DNA from: the human T2T-CHM13v2.0 reference genome, Homo sapiens
Reading direction: 5' to 3' (one strand)
Length of the DNA: 64,000 nt
NCBI RefSeq assembly: GCF_009914755.1
Contig: NC_060944.1
In this document: piece by piece, positions 43,421-56,354 of the stretch
How the letters are laid out: every line of letters starts with the position of its first letter
Position numbering within the stretch: the stretch's first letter is position 1
Notes under the pieces: model-generated
Databases searched by the model: none
What the model was told of the DNA's origin: nothing
The model's input: only the letters and a program-made list of their open reading frames with translations
Program-made: the position numbers and the translations under genes

Positions 43421-44285
43421 AGAATATCAACATTAAATGGCTTGCTCATTAGAATGCTTTGGAATTTACTACACAATGGTAAAATGCATATAGTTAGTAA
43501 GCATTTATGTAGGATAAATGCTCTAAAATTATTGTAATTATTGCATCTCCATGGTAATATTTATTTTTAATGAATTACATGCTTACCTTGGAATTCATTG
43601 AGCTAATTGGGGAACTAATTTTGGGAAGCCTATTCAGATCTTACATAAAGTAGCTTCTGCTCTTTCTTGGTGATAATGTTTTGAAGAATTTCTCTTCTTT
43701 CCTTAAGTTGTGGTGCAATACCTGGTCTCTCCCTCAGGAAGCCCCTTACACCTCCTTTCAGGCTCATCTTCAAGCATCTCTGCCATCAGTCAAACCCTCC
43801 TTCTGCCACTTCTCAATTCCAACTCACATCCATTGAATTCCTTCTCTGTTCCAAGTGCCTTTTCACAGGTCTCAACATTGATTCTTCACCACACTATGAT
43901 TCACACATTATATCTCTGTTCTGTGGATGAGAAAACTGTCCATCAACTTATGGCACCTTGCTCAGAGTCCAACAATTAAAAAGAAAAAAAATAAAGAAGA
44001 TGATCTTCACTCATTCTTTAACATATTCATTCACTGATCAAAAACATTTAGTTTACCTATCGGTCAGGTACTGAGCTGGGACTGAAGGATTAACTGATGA
44101 TTTGTAAAGCCTGAAATAACCTGGTTTAGTCTGAGGGTGTGGTCAGACAGGCATGAGAAAGTGACCTGCAGAGATGATTGATTGGCACGTGGTGTGTGTA
44201 TGCACAAATGAGAACTGGGACCCCTGAGATCCCTAAGAAGGTACAGTCACCTATCTATGGAGGTGGGTGAGGCTTCCTCGACCCG

Positions 44286-44781
44286 TATGGCAGAGGCTAT
44301 TTTCCAAAGATGGCTGCAACAAGATCTGCCCTTGTTACAGGTGTATTTAAGGCTTCTCTCAGCAGTGGGTGGGCCTGCATTCCTCCTTTTGAATGTGGGC
44401 AGACAAGTGACAGAGGAGGAAATGGTCCATGTGATTCCAGAGGCCATAGAAGGCGATGCTGCTTCCACCCACTTCTCTTGAGAGGTCCCCTCATGGACGC
44501 AGCTGTCATGCTGGGAGGAAACCCACGTCACCCTGTGGGGACCCAGGCGTGAAGAACAAGCAGCAGCACTGCTTGCCTGGGATGTATGTGGACTGGTCTT
44601 GGAATTGCGTCCTTCAGCCCAGGCAAGCCTCCTCAGCTGATACTGTGAGAAGCAGAGATGAGGTGCCTGTCCTCTCCAAGTCCTTCCCTAACAGCAGATT
44701 ATGAGCAGAATCAATGATAGGTGTTGTCTACGGCTGCTGAGACATGGAGTTGTTTGCTGCACAGCAATGGATAATGGGAAA
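44286..44781 (+). mobile_element. MLT1 (H/I-like) LTR
   Basis: ttccaaagatggctgcaaca; agcagagatgag; gcagattatgagc; gttgtttgctgcacagcaatggataa. Confidence 0.7.
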
Positions 44782-44977
44782 ATGAGGGGAGGCTTGAATC
44801 AAATCTTGGAGGCTGAAGGAGAGGGGCCAGGCATGGGCTAGGGTTGGAAGGCTATTCCGAGTATAAACAGCCTCATTCAGGACGACATGGAGACAGTGAT
44901 CGTGGAGAATAGACTGGAGTACCACATTCCCCGCTAAAGCAAAGGGTAGCAAAATTGTGGCAGGCGGGGGCAAGAGG

Positions 44978-45034
44978 AGCAGGGTGATATAGTGAGGCCC
45001 AATCTCTATTAAAAATTGAAAAAAGAAAAAAAAA
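44978..45034 (+). mobile_element. short Alu/FLAM 3' fragment with A tail
   Basis: gggtgatatagtgaggcccaatctctattaaaaa...A-rich. Confidence 0.5.
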
Positions 45035-46399
45035 GGAACGTTTCTGTGTCCTGTGAGTTCATGAAAATCAAAGAGAGAAACGATACTAGTTATTATCACT
45101 GCAATAACTATGCCTACTATTACTACTAGTACCATTACTCTACTACTGCTACAGATAATAATAGTTGTCTGAACTATGTTAGAGTAGATTGGGAGGTGAA
45201 GACCTGGACCCAGTGTCTATAGACCACAGACCACACTTTGAAGATATTCAAATGAGGAGAAGAAAGGAGAGATGGCTGGAGGCTCAAACACACACGCCAC
45301 ACACTGAGTCTGTGAAACAGAAGGAGAGGGGGATGGGAGTGGATGGGTATAATATGGAGAGTTCCAGAGGTTGAATTACATTTCCCTGATGGCCTAAACT
45401 TTTCTCACCAAATCAGAAGAAATGCTGTCTACCAAAATTGTCCCCAAATCCCGTATCTTGTCTCAGTGCTCCGTAAATACTTGTTCCTAGATTCTGGTAG
45501 ATAAATTGTACTAACTGTGGATGCCCTTTCTAATTAAACTCCTTCCTCCTCAATGAAAGCACCTGACAACATTGATGACCTGGGTCAAAAAAAGAAAATG
45601 TGCTGCTTTGCACTCCTTTTCTGAGCTGCCCTCCAGGTTCTCTTTGAATCCACACAAACTTCAGCCGCTGGGTGGGCCTGGCTCCCCTCCACCCAACCCT
45701 GGAGCCATTATGGATAACAGAGCTTGCTCCAGGTAAGCGTCCTGTTGAGGTCACTTGACTCTGCAGCATCATAGAGTAGAAGAAAAAGTGTCCAGAATCC
45801 TCTCCAGAAGACACAGGAGCCCAAGGAACCAGACTGAGATGCAGGATTTGGGAACCATCTTGGTAGAGAGCTTCCTCCTAAATTGGTGAGAAAACTTTCG
45901 GCCATCAGGGGCGATCTAAGTCAACTTCCTGAACTCCCCAAATTTTACCCAGTTACACCCATCTTCTCCTGGTGGGTGTGGCTCCCAGGATCCAGGCTTG
46001 GACAGGTGTCCACAGCAGGACAGAGACCAAAATCAGGGCAGGACAATGTTGATGACAGCATCTGGGGAGACAAAGAGACAAGGGCCAACAGGACGGAAGA
46101 CTGGAGCTCCATTGGAGGGAGTGAGCAACTGCAGAGATCCCAGGAGACTGGGGAGAAGCAGAACCATTAGGGTTTAGCAAGGGTTAAAGAGAAAGGAGGC
46201 AGGGCCCAAGAACTTCCCCGAGGTGTAAGAGCATGTGTACCTTCAGATCTGTGTGCGGCGGAGGACAGAGAGTGTGTCAGAGGTACCCAACAGCCACAAA
46301 GTTTCCCAGAAATGAGGTCCCTGGGTTATTGGCAGAAAACCTCCACCAGTTATTTTTTTTTTTTTTTTGGCTTAGTTTTATCTGCTTTGTCCCTGGTGA

Positions 46400-47150
46400 A
46401 TCCATGCACCTAGAACACAATATATACTGAGCATCTACTTTACGATCGGCATTGTTCTCCATGCCACAGTTTAAGCCAGGACCAAAGTAGACAGAGGTTC
46501 ACACCCTCGCCAAGTTTCCAGACAAATGCATACATCCTGAGCTGGATACGTCTGAGGGCTACAAAGACGGGTGCAGTGAGCAGATGAAGAGGGACCAGCT
46601 GTGGGGGGAGGCAGAGCTGGGTAGATTTAAGGATGAGGGAGAAGGAACCCTTTGAGGAGATGATATTAAAGGAGAAACCTGAAGCAAGTGAAGGGGCCAG
46701 CCAGGAGGGAACATTGGACTGTGTATTCTGAGTGGAGGGAAGAGGAAACTCAAATGCCCACATGGGGGTCCTACCTGTGTGGATGCCAACCAGCAGCCAA
46801 GGGTGCCAGGAAGCAGGTAGGGCAGAAGCAGGAGACACAGCAAGGCTGAAGGCTCCAGGGCCTTGCTCTCAGCTGCCAGGATTCTAATCCTGACTCCACA
46901 CGAGGAGGGAGCCACTGGGGGATTCTGAGTTCAAGGGTGACAAGACTTGACTTCCCCTTTAGGAGGAGTCCTCCGGCAGCCGTGGAACACAAGAGACAAG
47001 GGTGGATGTCAGGAGACCCATTAGAAGACTCAAGCGACACTCCAGAGGAAGAGGAGGCTGTTGCAGGAGCAGGGAACATGGAAAAAGTGGCCAGTTGGAT
47101 ACATAACCCAATATATTTCTGGATTGAATATCAGTGTGAGAGAAAGAAAA
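46400..47150 (-). mobile_element. L2 fragment
   Basis: tactgagcatctact; gggagccactggggga; aggagacccattagaagact. Confidence 0.7.
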
Positions 47151-47319
47151 ACCTCTAGCTTTTAATTTTTTGTGGAAGTTTTATGCAGATAAATGAACAT
47201 ACCTACCTCCAGATACAGGACATCATTTTAACATGAATTACAAATATGCTCAGTGGTCATATAATCTCAAATTAATTCATATGTGGATAACAGTAACAGA
47301 ATAGAGGCAAATGCTGTCG

Positions 47320-47550
47320 TAATTAAGAACTAGGACTTGAGTGTTCCGTGACCCTCAGTTTGAAATGTGGGATTATCACTTACTAACCAGGGAATTGGGG
47401 GAATGGGTTAAGAACACTATGCCTCAGTTTCTTCCGTTGTAACACAGGCATAAAACTAGCTGCTCTGTAAGATTGTTTGATTTTATGAGTTTCCTTATGA
47501 AAAACACTTAGGGCATAGTAAAGAGTATGGTAGACAATCATAGCTCAGTA
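47320..47550 (+). mobile_element. MIR
   Basis: cacttactaac..gcctcagtttcttccgttgtaa. Confidence 0.55.
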
Positions 47551-48129
47551 AAGAGTATTATAGACAATTATCATCATCATCACTGTCATCATTATCATCA
47601 TTATTTAATTTTTCTCCAGGGAAAACATATTGCATGTTTAGATTTATCCACAGAGAAAATGATTGTCCTTGAAGTAACAGGACTGAAGGTCCCTTGATCC
47701 CTCCCAGTTCCCTGGCACTGCTGATATTAATGACTTTGCTGACATCACTAGGACAATAAATTTGGGCACTAATCCTTATGGGGAAGAGAATCCATTTCCA
47801 TGGTGGCTGTACATCCAAGAGGAAAGGTTCATAGTTCCACATTTCCGTTAATTATAGCTCTGAATAATTTAGGTGTTAGAAATCCACTCATACCATTAGC
47901 TTTTATGGTGGATTTTTATTTTTCTTCTTCCTGGTCCCCATTTCAATTAAGAAATTTCAAGTTTTATAAGGGATCAATGGATGGGCACCACATCATTAAT
48001 TTAATGAGAAAGTTTATATGAGTGTTCAATTCCTCGGTCAATTCTCTTTCCCTTAATTTGTAAAATTTTCAGGAAAAAACTAAAATTCCAATAGAGATAG
48101 AACATTTAAAGATATAAAGAATAAAACTG

Positions 48130-48350
48130 CATGAAATACACACACACTCACACACACAAACACACACAGACACGAGTGAATACAAATGAAACCTGAATCT
48201 GTGGCAATCTGAATAAGATTAGCGGGGTGTATCTATATTGATACCCTGGTTGTGATCTTGTGCTAGTTATGCAAGATGTTACCACTGGAGGAACCTCGGA
48301 GGAGGGTTCATAGGATATGTCTGCATTATTTTTTACAACTACATATGAAT
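48130..48350 (+). mobile_element. L1MC 3' end
   Basis: aatctgaataagatt..cctggttgtgat..gcaagatgttaccact..tttacaactacatatgaat. Confidence 0.75.
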
Positions 48351-48364
48351 ACATTTAATATATA

Positions 48365-48440
48365 TCTTTTACATAAATATGTGTGTGTGTGTATATATGT
48401 ACATGTATATACACACACACACATATATTTATGTAGAAGA
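48365..48440. repeat. near-perfect ~76-bp palindrome of (TG)n/(TA)n/(CA)n
   Basis: tcttttacataaatatgtgtgtgtgtgtatatatgt / acatgtatatacacacacacacatatatttatgtagaaga. Confidence 0.85.
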
Positions 48441-48589
48441 GTGCACTTTTTGGCAAAACGTCAACTCCTCAATAAGATAGAACTAATAATAGCTCTAAAA
48501 ATTTGTAGACAATGCAGGCATTCTTTTCTCAAGTTAAACTCAGTGACCACACATTCTACGAATTGTCCTTCCACTCTCCTCTGTAAGTA

Positions 48590-49280
48590 TTTAGTTCTCC
48601 TGTTTTCCTTGCTAACCTGGTGCTTTATACACGTTTCTGCTCTCTGTGAAAGGCATCACTGTTCTTCCTACAAGCCAGAAACCCAAAACCCATCCCGATT
48701 CCCTCCCTCCCTCACTCGCCATTGCAAATCCAGAGTGAATCCATAATCACCTTGCCTCCCACGCCTGCCTATGTGCATCCACTTCTGCCTCTCTCTCCAG
48801 CAGCGTCCAGGCACCTGACCATCATCTCTCACGTGGGCAGCTGTGGGAACCCCCTTCACATCGATTGACTCTCCATCTTCTCTCCACCCTCCCAGTGCTG
48901 GTCTCCTCTCAGCAGCCAGGATGACCTTTAAAAAATACGAATCTGAGCACATCCCTCTATGGCTTCCCCTCTTCCCCTACTCTTCAGAACAGAATCTTCC
49001 CCCAAACCCTACCAGGTCAGTCAGCTAGGTTGCCGTCCTTTCACACCCCAAGCACTCCAGCGCTCCCCAGGACTTCATTTCCCTCTGCTGTTCCCACTGC
49101 CTGGATGTCCTCAGCCCCCAGCACCCCAGCCCACTTCCTTGAGTCAGTCTCTAATCTTCCCCCACATCTCCAAATGGACATCCTTTGCTAGGAACCGGGA
49201 GGAACTGATCCCTCTGCTGCAGGTGTCACAGAGCATATCCCTTCTCTTCACAACATGGCAAGTGCACACTCTTCTGGGTA
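48590..49280 (+). mobile_element. L2 fragment
   Basis: caagccagaaacc..ccatcatctctcac..cagcagccaggatgacctttaaaaa. Confidence 0.7.
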
Positions 49281-49525
49281 ACGACTGTTTTAATTGAGGG
49301 GTAATTTACATGCTTTAACGTGTGCAGATCTCAAGTATTCAGTTCAATACGTTTGACAACTGTCTACACTCATAAAGCCACCATCCCAAACAAGCCATAG
49401 ACTACTCCCATCACCCAGGAACTTCCCTCATATCTTTTAGAGGGAAACCTCACCCTTAGAAGCAACTACTATTCTGATTTGTTTCACCACAGATCAGCTT
49501 CATCTATTCTTAAATTTCATAGTAA

Positions 49526-49910
<385 letters not shown>

Positions 49911-50235
49911 TGAGTACTACACAGAATCCATGCCTTAATTCTCCAACTGAGGAGCATCCAGTCATTTCTAGCTCTTGTCTATTACAAATAAGGCAGCTAT
50001 GGAAATTGTTGTAGAAGTCATTGTATGGGCATATGTTTTCATTCTTCTTGGATAAATACCTGAAAGTGGAATTGCTGGGTCATAAGGTAAATGTAACTTT
50101 AACTTGACAAGAAACTCTCCTGGGATTCTTTAAAAGGCTGTACGAGTTTGCACTTCCTTGTACCAGCCACGTATGAGACTTCCATTCACTCCACATCCAC
50201 TCCAACAATTCGTCTTGTCGGTCTTTTTACATTAA

Positions 50236-50415
50236 CCTATTGCCCAAAACCTGGTGGCTTAAAACAACCCTGCATTTCAGGAGGGGCTGACTGGGGTGGT
50301 TCATCTTTGATCCACAGAGTGTCAGTACAGACTTCCTCACTCCCACGCCTGGGGCTTGGGGGCTCCTTGGCACCCTTTCTCCTCTCTCTCTCTATAGCAC
50401 CTCATCCTCTAATGT
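50236..50415 (+). repeat. dispersed direct duplicate (acceptor copy) of 51185-51365
   Basis: ~8 differences over ~180 bases by manual alignment; interrupts L1 sequence. Confidence 0.95.
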
Positions 50416-50440
50416 GAATGTGAAATGGTATCTCATTGTG

Positions 50441-50747
50441 TGTTTGGGTTTTTTTGAGACAGGGTCTTGCTCTGTAGCCCAGGCTCGTGTGTAGTGGTGT
50501 GATTAGAACTCACTGCAGCCTCAACCTCTTAGGCTCAAGTGATCCTCCCACCTCAGCCTCCTGAGTGGCTGGGACTACAGGCAAATGCCACCATGCTTGG
50601 TTAATTTTTTTATTATTATTATTTTTTATAGAGACAGGGTCTTACTATGTTGCGCAGACTAGTCTCAAACTCCTGAGCTTAAGTGATCTGCCAGCCTCAG
50701 CTTCCCAAAGTTCTGGGATTACAGGCATGAGCCACCGCTCCAAGGCC
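50441..50747 (-). mobile_element. AluJ
   Basis: gagacagggtcttgc, cactgcagcctcaacctc..ggctcaagtgatcctccc; TSD ctcattgtg at 50432-50440 and 50748-50756. Confidence 0.92.
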
Positions 50748-51184
50748 CTCATTGTGATTTTAATTTACATTTTCCTAATGACTAATGAGCACCTTTTTCT
50801 GTGCTTATTAACCATTTATTTAGCTTCTTCCATGAAGTGTCTGTTAAAGTGTTTTGCCTGTTTCTATGGGGTTGTTTTTCACTTCATTGTTGATTTGTAA
50901 GAGTCCTTTGTGTAGTCTGAACAGGAGTCCTTTGTGAGACATATGCACTGAATGTTTCCTCCCTGTTTGTGATTTGCCTATTTGTTCTCTTAACAGGACC
51001 ACTTAATAAGCAATTTTTTTCATTTTATCAAATGAAAAAATTCAACTTTATCTTTTATGGCCAATGCTTTTTGTGTTCTATTTAAAAGACTCTTTGCCTA
51101 CTCGATGGCCTAAAGATATTCTCCAATATTTTCTTTTAGGATGATGCTATCCAGCATGGTAGCCACTACCACATGTGACTGAGC

Positions 51185-51638
51185 CCTATTGCCCAAAACC
51201 TAGTGGCTTAAAACAACCCTCGCATTTCAGGAGGGGATGACTGGGGTGGTTCATCTTTGATCCACAGAGTGTCAGTACAGACTTCCTCACTCCCATGCCT
51301 GGGGTTTGGGGGCTCCTTGGCACCCCTTCTCCTCTCTCTCTCTATAGCACCTCGTCCTATAATGTCTTTCCATATGGCATGGGCTTCTCACAGTATGGTG
51401 GCCTTGGAGTACTTGGACGTTTCACATGGTGCCTGATCCCTAGAAAGAATGTGTCTCTTATGACCTAGATTTAGTAGTCCTAGGATGTCATTTCCACCTC
51501 ATTTTATTGGTAAAGCAAATCACTACGACCAGCCCAGATTCAGGAGGTTAAGAGCAATAGACTTCATCTCTCAATCGGGTAATTCACAGACATATAGGGA
51601 GGAACGACACTGATAAAATGTTAGAACAGGCTACCACA
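51185..51638 (-). mobile_element. MLT1 LTR (donor of the 50236-50415 copy), preceded by a short MER3-like piece at 51145-51184
   Basis: ccaaaacctagtggcttaaaacaac; catttccacctcattttattggt; ccagcccagattca; ends ctaccaca. Confidence 0.7.
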
Positions 51639-51939
51639 TTGACCTTGTATTCTGGGTTCTTGTTAAATTCATTTTTTATTTCTAGCAGTTGTTTTTGTAG
51701 ACTCCATACTGTTTTTGATGTACACACCTGTGTCAGCTGCTAATAGCAACACTTGTACTCCTTTGTTTTCTCTCTGTGTGCCCAGTATGCCTCTTTCCTG
51801 CCTCATTGCACTGGTTGAGACATTTGGTACAATGTTGGATGAAAGTGGTAAGAAGGCACACTGGATTTGTCCCTGATCTTAGAGGGGAAGTGTCCAGTGT
51901 TTCATCATTTGTGTGACTGTCTGATTAGCAATTGACTCC

Positions 51940-52060
51940 AGTCAACTGAAAGCCAAGATTATAAGGAGGATGCCCATGGGCTCATCTTTATTTCGCCAGG
52001 GCTTGGCTCAATGCCAAGCACATATGAGGCACTCAAAACATATTTGTTGAATAAATAATC
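51940..52060 (+). mobile_element. L2 3' end
   Basis: gcacatatgaggcactcaaaacatatttgttgaataaataa. Confidence 0.65.
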
Positions 52061-52094
52061 TTGACATGAATTTAGTCTAATCCAGAATGCAACT

Positions 52095-52954
52095 TGTGAT
52101 GGTTAATTTCATGTGTTGACTTGACCAGGCCACGGGGTGCCCAGATAATTGATTGCACACTATTTTGGGGTATGTCTGTGAGTGTGTGCAGAGGAAGTTT
52201 GCATTTGAATCAGCAGAGTGAGTAAAGTAGATTACCCTCCTCAGTAAGGGTGAGCGTCCTGCAAGCTACTGAAGGTCTGAGTGGAACAAAGAAGCAGAAG
52301 AAGGGAGAATTCGCCCACTCTGCCTGGCTGCTTAGCCAGGACATTAGTCTTCTTCTCCTGCTCTTGGGCTGGGATTTCCAGCATTAGTGCTCCTGGTTCT
52401 CAGGTCTCTGGATTCCGACTAGAACTTACATCGCATTTCTCCAGGCCTCCAGTTCTTGGGATTTCCCAGCCTCCATAATCATGTGAGTCAATTCCTCATA
52501 ATAAATCTCTTCATATTTATAAACAGTCCGCCACTTACCATGGTTCAACTTCAGATTTTTCAATTTTACAATGGTGTGAAAGTGACAGACATTCAGTAGA
52601 AACCATACTTTGAGTACCTATACAAACCTTCTGTTTTTTTACTTTCAGTATTCAATAAATTACATGAGATATTAGACACTTTATTATAAAGTAGGCTGTG
52701 TGTTAGATGGTTTTGCCAAGCTGTAGGCTAATCTAAATATTCCAAGCATGTTTAAGGTGGGCTAAGCCAAGTTATGATATTCGGTAGATTAGGTATATTA
52801 AATGCATTTTGGACTTACAATATTTCCAACTTAAATGAGTTTATTGGGATACAACTTCACTGTAAATCTAGGAGCTTATATTTATAAAACATATACATCT
52901 ACATTTTTATATCTTCTATTGGCTCTGTTTCTCTTCAGAACCTTTACTAATACA
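52095..52954 (+). mobile_element. MLT2 solo LTR interrupted by MER47
   Basis: tgtgatggttaatttcatgtg..acttgac start; ends attggctctgtttctct..agaacc..actaataca. Confidence 0.88.
52524..52880. mobile_element. MER47A-like (TcMar-Tigger) element
   Basis: tggttcaactt..gatttttc..tttacaatggtgtgaaagtga; ttcaataaattacatgagatatt; ttaggtatattaaatgcatttt. Confidence 0.8.
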
Positions 52955-53401
52955 CTAGTCAAGTTAGTTATTTAACTCTCAGCTTAAGATTTTGGAGTTT
53001 TTAAAATCTGTAAACTAGGGATTTTGATAGCCTCTGCTCCCATATCACTAATATGAGAAAAGAAAAACACACATACTCCGAATGTTTTGGTTTTTTTTTT
53101 CCACTTGAAAAGAGACATCTAAGCATTTGTTTCAATGCTATGACCTACTGCTGAGGAGTACAAATGCTCAACCATTTCTACTATGTCTAAATATCAGCCA
53201 CAAAGTGGTTTCTTCTACTGTGAAAATAAATGTCTCTGCACCTGCTGCTGAGCTGGAGACAGATGCTCATCTCCATAGGCAGGCATCACAGGAAACCAGA
53301 ATTTTTCATCTGCCTAGGGCTCTCACCCAGTTCGCTTGAGCCCAGGAGCCAAACCAAATGAGATTTTGGAGGATGATGGAGTGTTGTCCCTTTCCCACCA
53401 T

Positions 53402-53402
<1 letters not shown>

Positions 53403-53454
<52 letters not shown>
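53403..53454. repeat. pure poly(T)52 tract
   Basis: uninterrupted T run. Confidence 0.97.
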
Positions 53455-53457
<3 letters not shown>

Positions 53458-53584
53458 CTGATACACTGAAGATTGACTATGTAAAAATGAAAGCTAGGTT
53501 ACGGCCCCTGAGAGCCCCGTCAAGTGGGCACAGGACACTTTTGGGCTCTTCTCGGTGGGCTCAGGGGGAGCACAGCTGTGGAAT

Positions 53585-53800
53585 GTGAGATTAGGAGCCT
53601 GAATTCTTGCTTTGACACTTCACATTTGGGTGACCTTGGGAAAGCAAATTAACCTCTCTGAGCCTCAGTTTCCTCATCTTAAAATGAAGACATTAATTCT
53701 AACTTCCATGGATTTTTGTAGGGACTCAATGGCGTTACCTTTGTAAGAAGCAAAACAAGAACTTATCATGTATCACACATAGCAGGTACTTAATGGTGAT
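53585..53800 (+). mobile_element. MIR
   Basis: gtgaccttggg..ttaacctctctgagcctcagtttcctcatct. Confidence 0.85.
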
Positions 53801-53899
53801 TTTTGCTATTACTGTCATTATGATTAGTATTAGTATTATTAATTACTAAATAGATCCAGAATTTCACCTATTAGGGTTAAATTTTTGTCCTTCCCCCTC

Positions 53900-54270
53900 T
53901 GTATGTCTGTTCTCACACTGCTATAAAGAACTACCTGAGACTGGGTAATTTATGAAGAAAAGTGGTTTAATTGACTCACAGTTCCACCAGCTGTACAGGA
54001 AGCATGGCTGGAAGGCCTCAGGAAACTTACAATTATGGCAGAAGACAAAGGGAAAGCAAGTATGTCTTACCATGGTGGAGCAGGAAAGAGAGAGCAAATA
54101 ATCGCTACATGCTTTCAACCAACTAGCTCTTTTGAGAACTCTATCACCAGAACAGTAAGGGGGAAGTCTGCTCCCATGATTCAATCACCTCCCACCAAGC
54201 CCCTCCCCAACACATGGAGATTACAATTTGACATGAGATTTGGGTGGGGACACAGAGCCAAACCATATCA
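53900..54270 (-). mobile_element. THE1D/MSTA-like solo LTR
   Basis: ggcctcaggaaacttacaat; gagatttgggtggggacacagagccaaaccatatca; TSD-like ccctc/ccttc. Confidence 0.9.
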
Positions 54271-54822
54271 CCTTCCAACATCTCTTTGATTAGGAGATAC
54301 TGACGGTCTCTGCTTTGAGATATGTTAGCACTGCTGCCCTTACTTTGCAGTTGGATACCTCTGTGAGTTGTTCGAGATGTTTCACATACGTTGTCTCATT
54401 TGCCTTTAACAGTTTCCATGCTCGGCAGGACAGGTGGCAAACTAATTCATTGAGAGAGAAGACGTTTTCAAATTTGCTGGGCTGAAGGGCCAGGAAGTGG
54501 TAGCCGAAGTCCAGAGCTTTTGGTTCCTCCTTCTCTCCTATTAGCCTAGCAGGAAAGTCTCATTAATGAACTTCCTTCCCATTTGCACCTGAGTTTCTTT
54601 CCTGCTGCTATTTAAATGAAAATTTTTGCCTTCTCCAGAGACACTGCCTTCCTATTGTAAAATATAGGATCAATGAATGAAGAATACACACAAAAACCCA
54701 AATGTATTTTAATTTACAAGCAGTCCGTGATCAAGGCAAAAGCTTTTCCTCTGAGAGCCAACTGGGACTGAACTAGAGGCTCAACAAAGCAGCAGAACAT
54801 GTTCATGAGCCTCCTCTGCTCT

Positions 54823-55015
54823 CAGGGCTTTGTAACCGCTGCCCTAGGAGTACTTGGGGTGGGATGATTCTCTCTGTGGGCGTTGCAGGATGCTTAGCAT
54901 TCTCTGCTGTCACCTGCCTCCAGCCTGGGCATAGCATTAGCATCTCTGAGCCGCCCTGGAGCCAATTCCAAATGCCTTTACATGGAGCAAGAACCACCCC
55001 CGGTAAGAACCACTG
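54823..55015. mobile_element. MER20-like hAT element
   Basis: ttgcaggatgcttagcat; ccccggtaagaaccactg end. Confidence 0.6.
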
Positions 55016-56145
55016 GACAATAATTCTCTTTGACAAATGATAGTCCTCATGTTGACAATACCATCTTTTTCCATCTTGGCTTTTGTTTTCTGAGGCAATG
55101 ACTGACTCATTAGTATAGGTGTGCTCTGAAAACAGAGCCAGCCAGCTTTCAAATCACAGGCTGAAGCCATTTCCTTGCACTTAAAACACTCGGGCACCAG
55201 CTGCATTCTCCAGGAAGAACATTCTGTCTGACGTGCTTTCTCGCCAGCCTTTGAAAATCAAGCAAGTGCAAGTTCTATCAAGGGCTTAGCAGCCAGGGGT
55301 TAATCGTTTCCTTACAAATATTAGGTGGCAGTGTAGGTCTGGCAGCACCTCCCTAGAATGTGCCTATTCACACCAATGCCTCCCATGTGTGAACATGCGC
55401 TCACCAACTGGCGGAACCTTTAAAGCAGATCCCCAGAGGCCCCGTGAGCAGTGTTCTCTCTACTAGAAGTGTCCTTGCAAGGGAGAGAAGTGAAGTCTTC
55501 CAAAGAAGGGATTGCTCAGGAGACCGGCAACATGTAGCCACAGTAGAAAGCTAGCATCCAAAACTGGGTTTCTCTGCAGCCTCAGCCATCACTTCCCAGC
55601 TCTGTGCAGGCTGGCTGTCCTGCCCTCATGGTGGCTTCAAAATGCTAGATGTCCCAAAGCCTCTTCTGGGCCAGCCCAGCAGGAATGCAAAAATCCCCTG
55701 CTGGCAGAATCATTTTTATGAGAAATTAGTGATGTGTGTCTTCGAAGAGCTATGTTCCTTATCAGAGGGATAACCTTGAATGGCACCTGCCTTTTAAATA
55801 CTTTACAATTCCAGCAGTCCCCTAGTCAGAACCCCACAGCCTTTATCACCAACCTCTCTGCCCACAGGTTGCAGGCAGACGCTGCCCCTCAAAGATGTGT
55901 TGTAAGAAAAATATCAGTGGAAGGAAATTGCTTATTGGCCACTCGACAGCTGCAAAGACAGCTCACTTGGTCTGATCGCATGTCAGCCCAAATTTCTTTT
56001 ATGTCATAAGTTATTTATACCCCAGCCTGCGGTCTTGAGGGTGGTCACTTGTACTTTGTGAGAACATGAGGCTTTGGAGAAAGCAGAAAAGTCGCCTCCT
56101 GAATCTGGCATCTGCTTGGCAGGGTTCAATCAAACCACCTTGGAG

Positions 56146-56250
56146 CCAGGTTCGCCAGGCTAAGCAACTTAAAATGCCAGTGCCCAGTTAAGTCTGAGTT
56201 TCAGGAGAATGGCAAAGACTTCCCCAGTGATAATATGTCTCAGTTGCAAC
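56146..56250. mobile_element. MER53-like hAT fragment
   Basis: tgcccagttaagtctgagtttcag. Confidence 0.5.
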
Positions 56251-56354
56251 CCTACATGGCCCAAGGACCTCATGGCAAACTCACAGAGTCCTTCAAAACT
56301 ATTCCTGGCTCACTAGCCCCCAGCTTTTCCACTGAAGAGGGAGGAGACTTATTC

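Noticed and set aside
47517-47572. 30-bp two-copy tandem duplication
   Set aside because: Real but degenerate and ordinary; counted only in the density observation.
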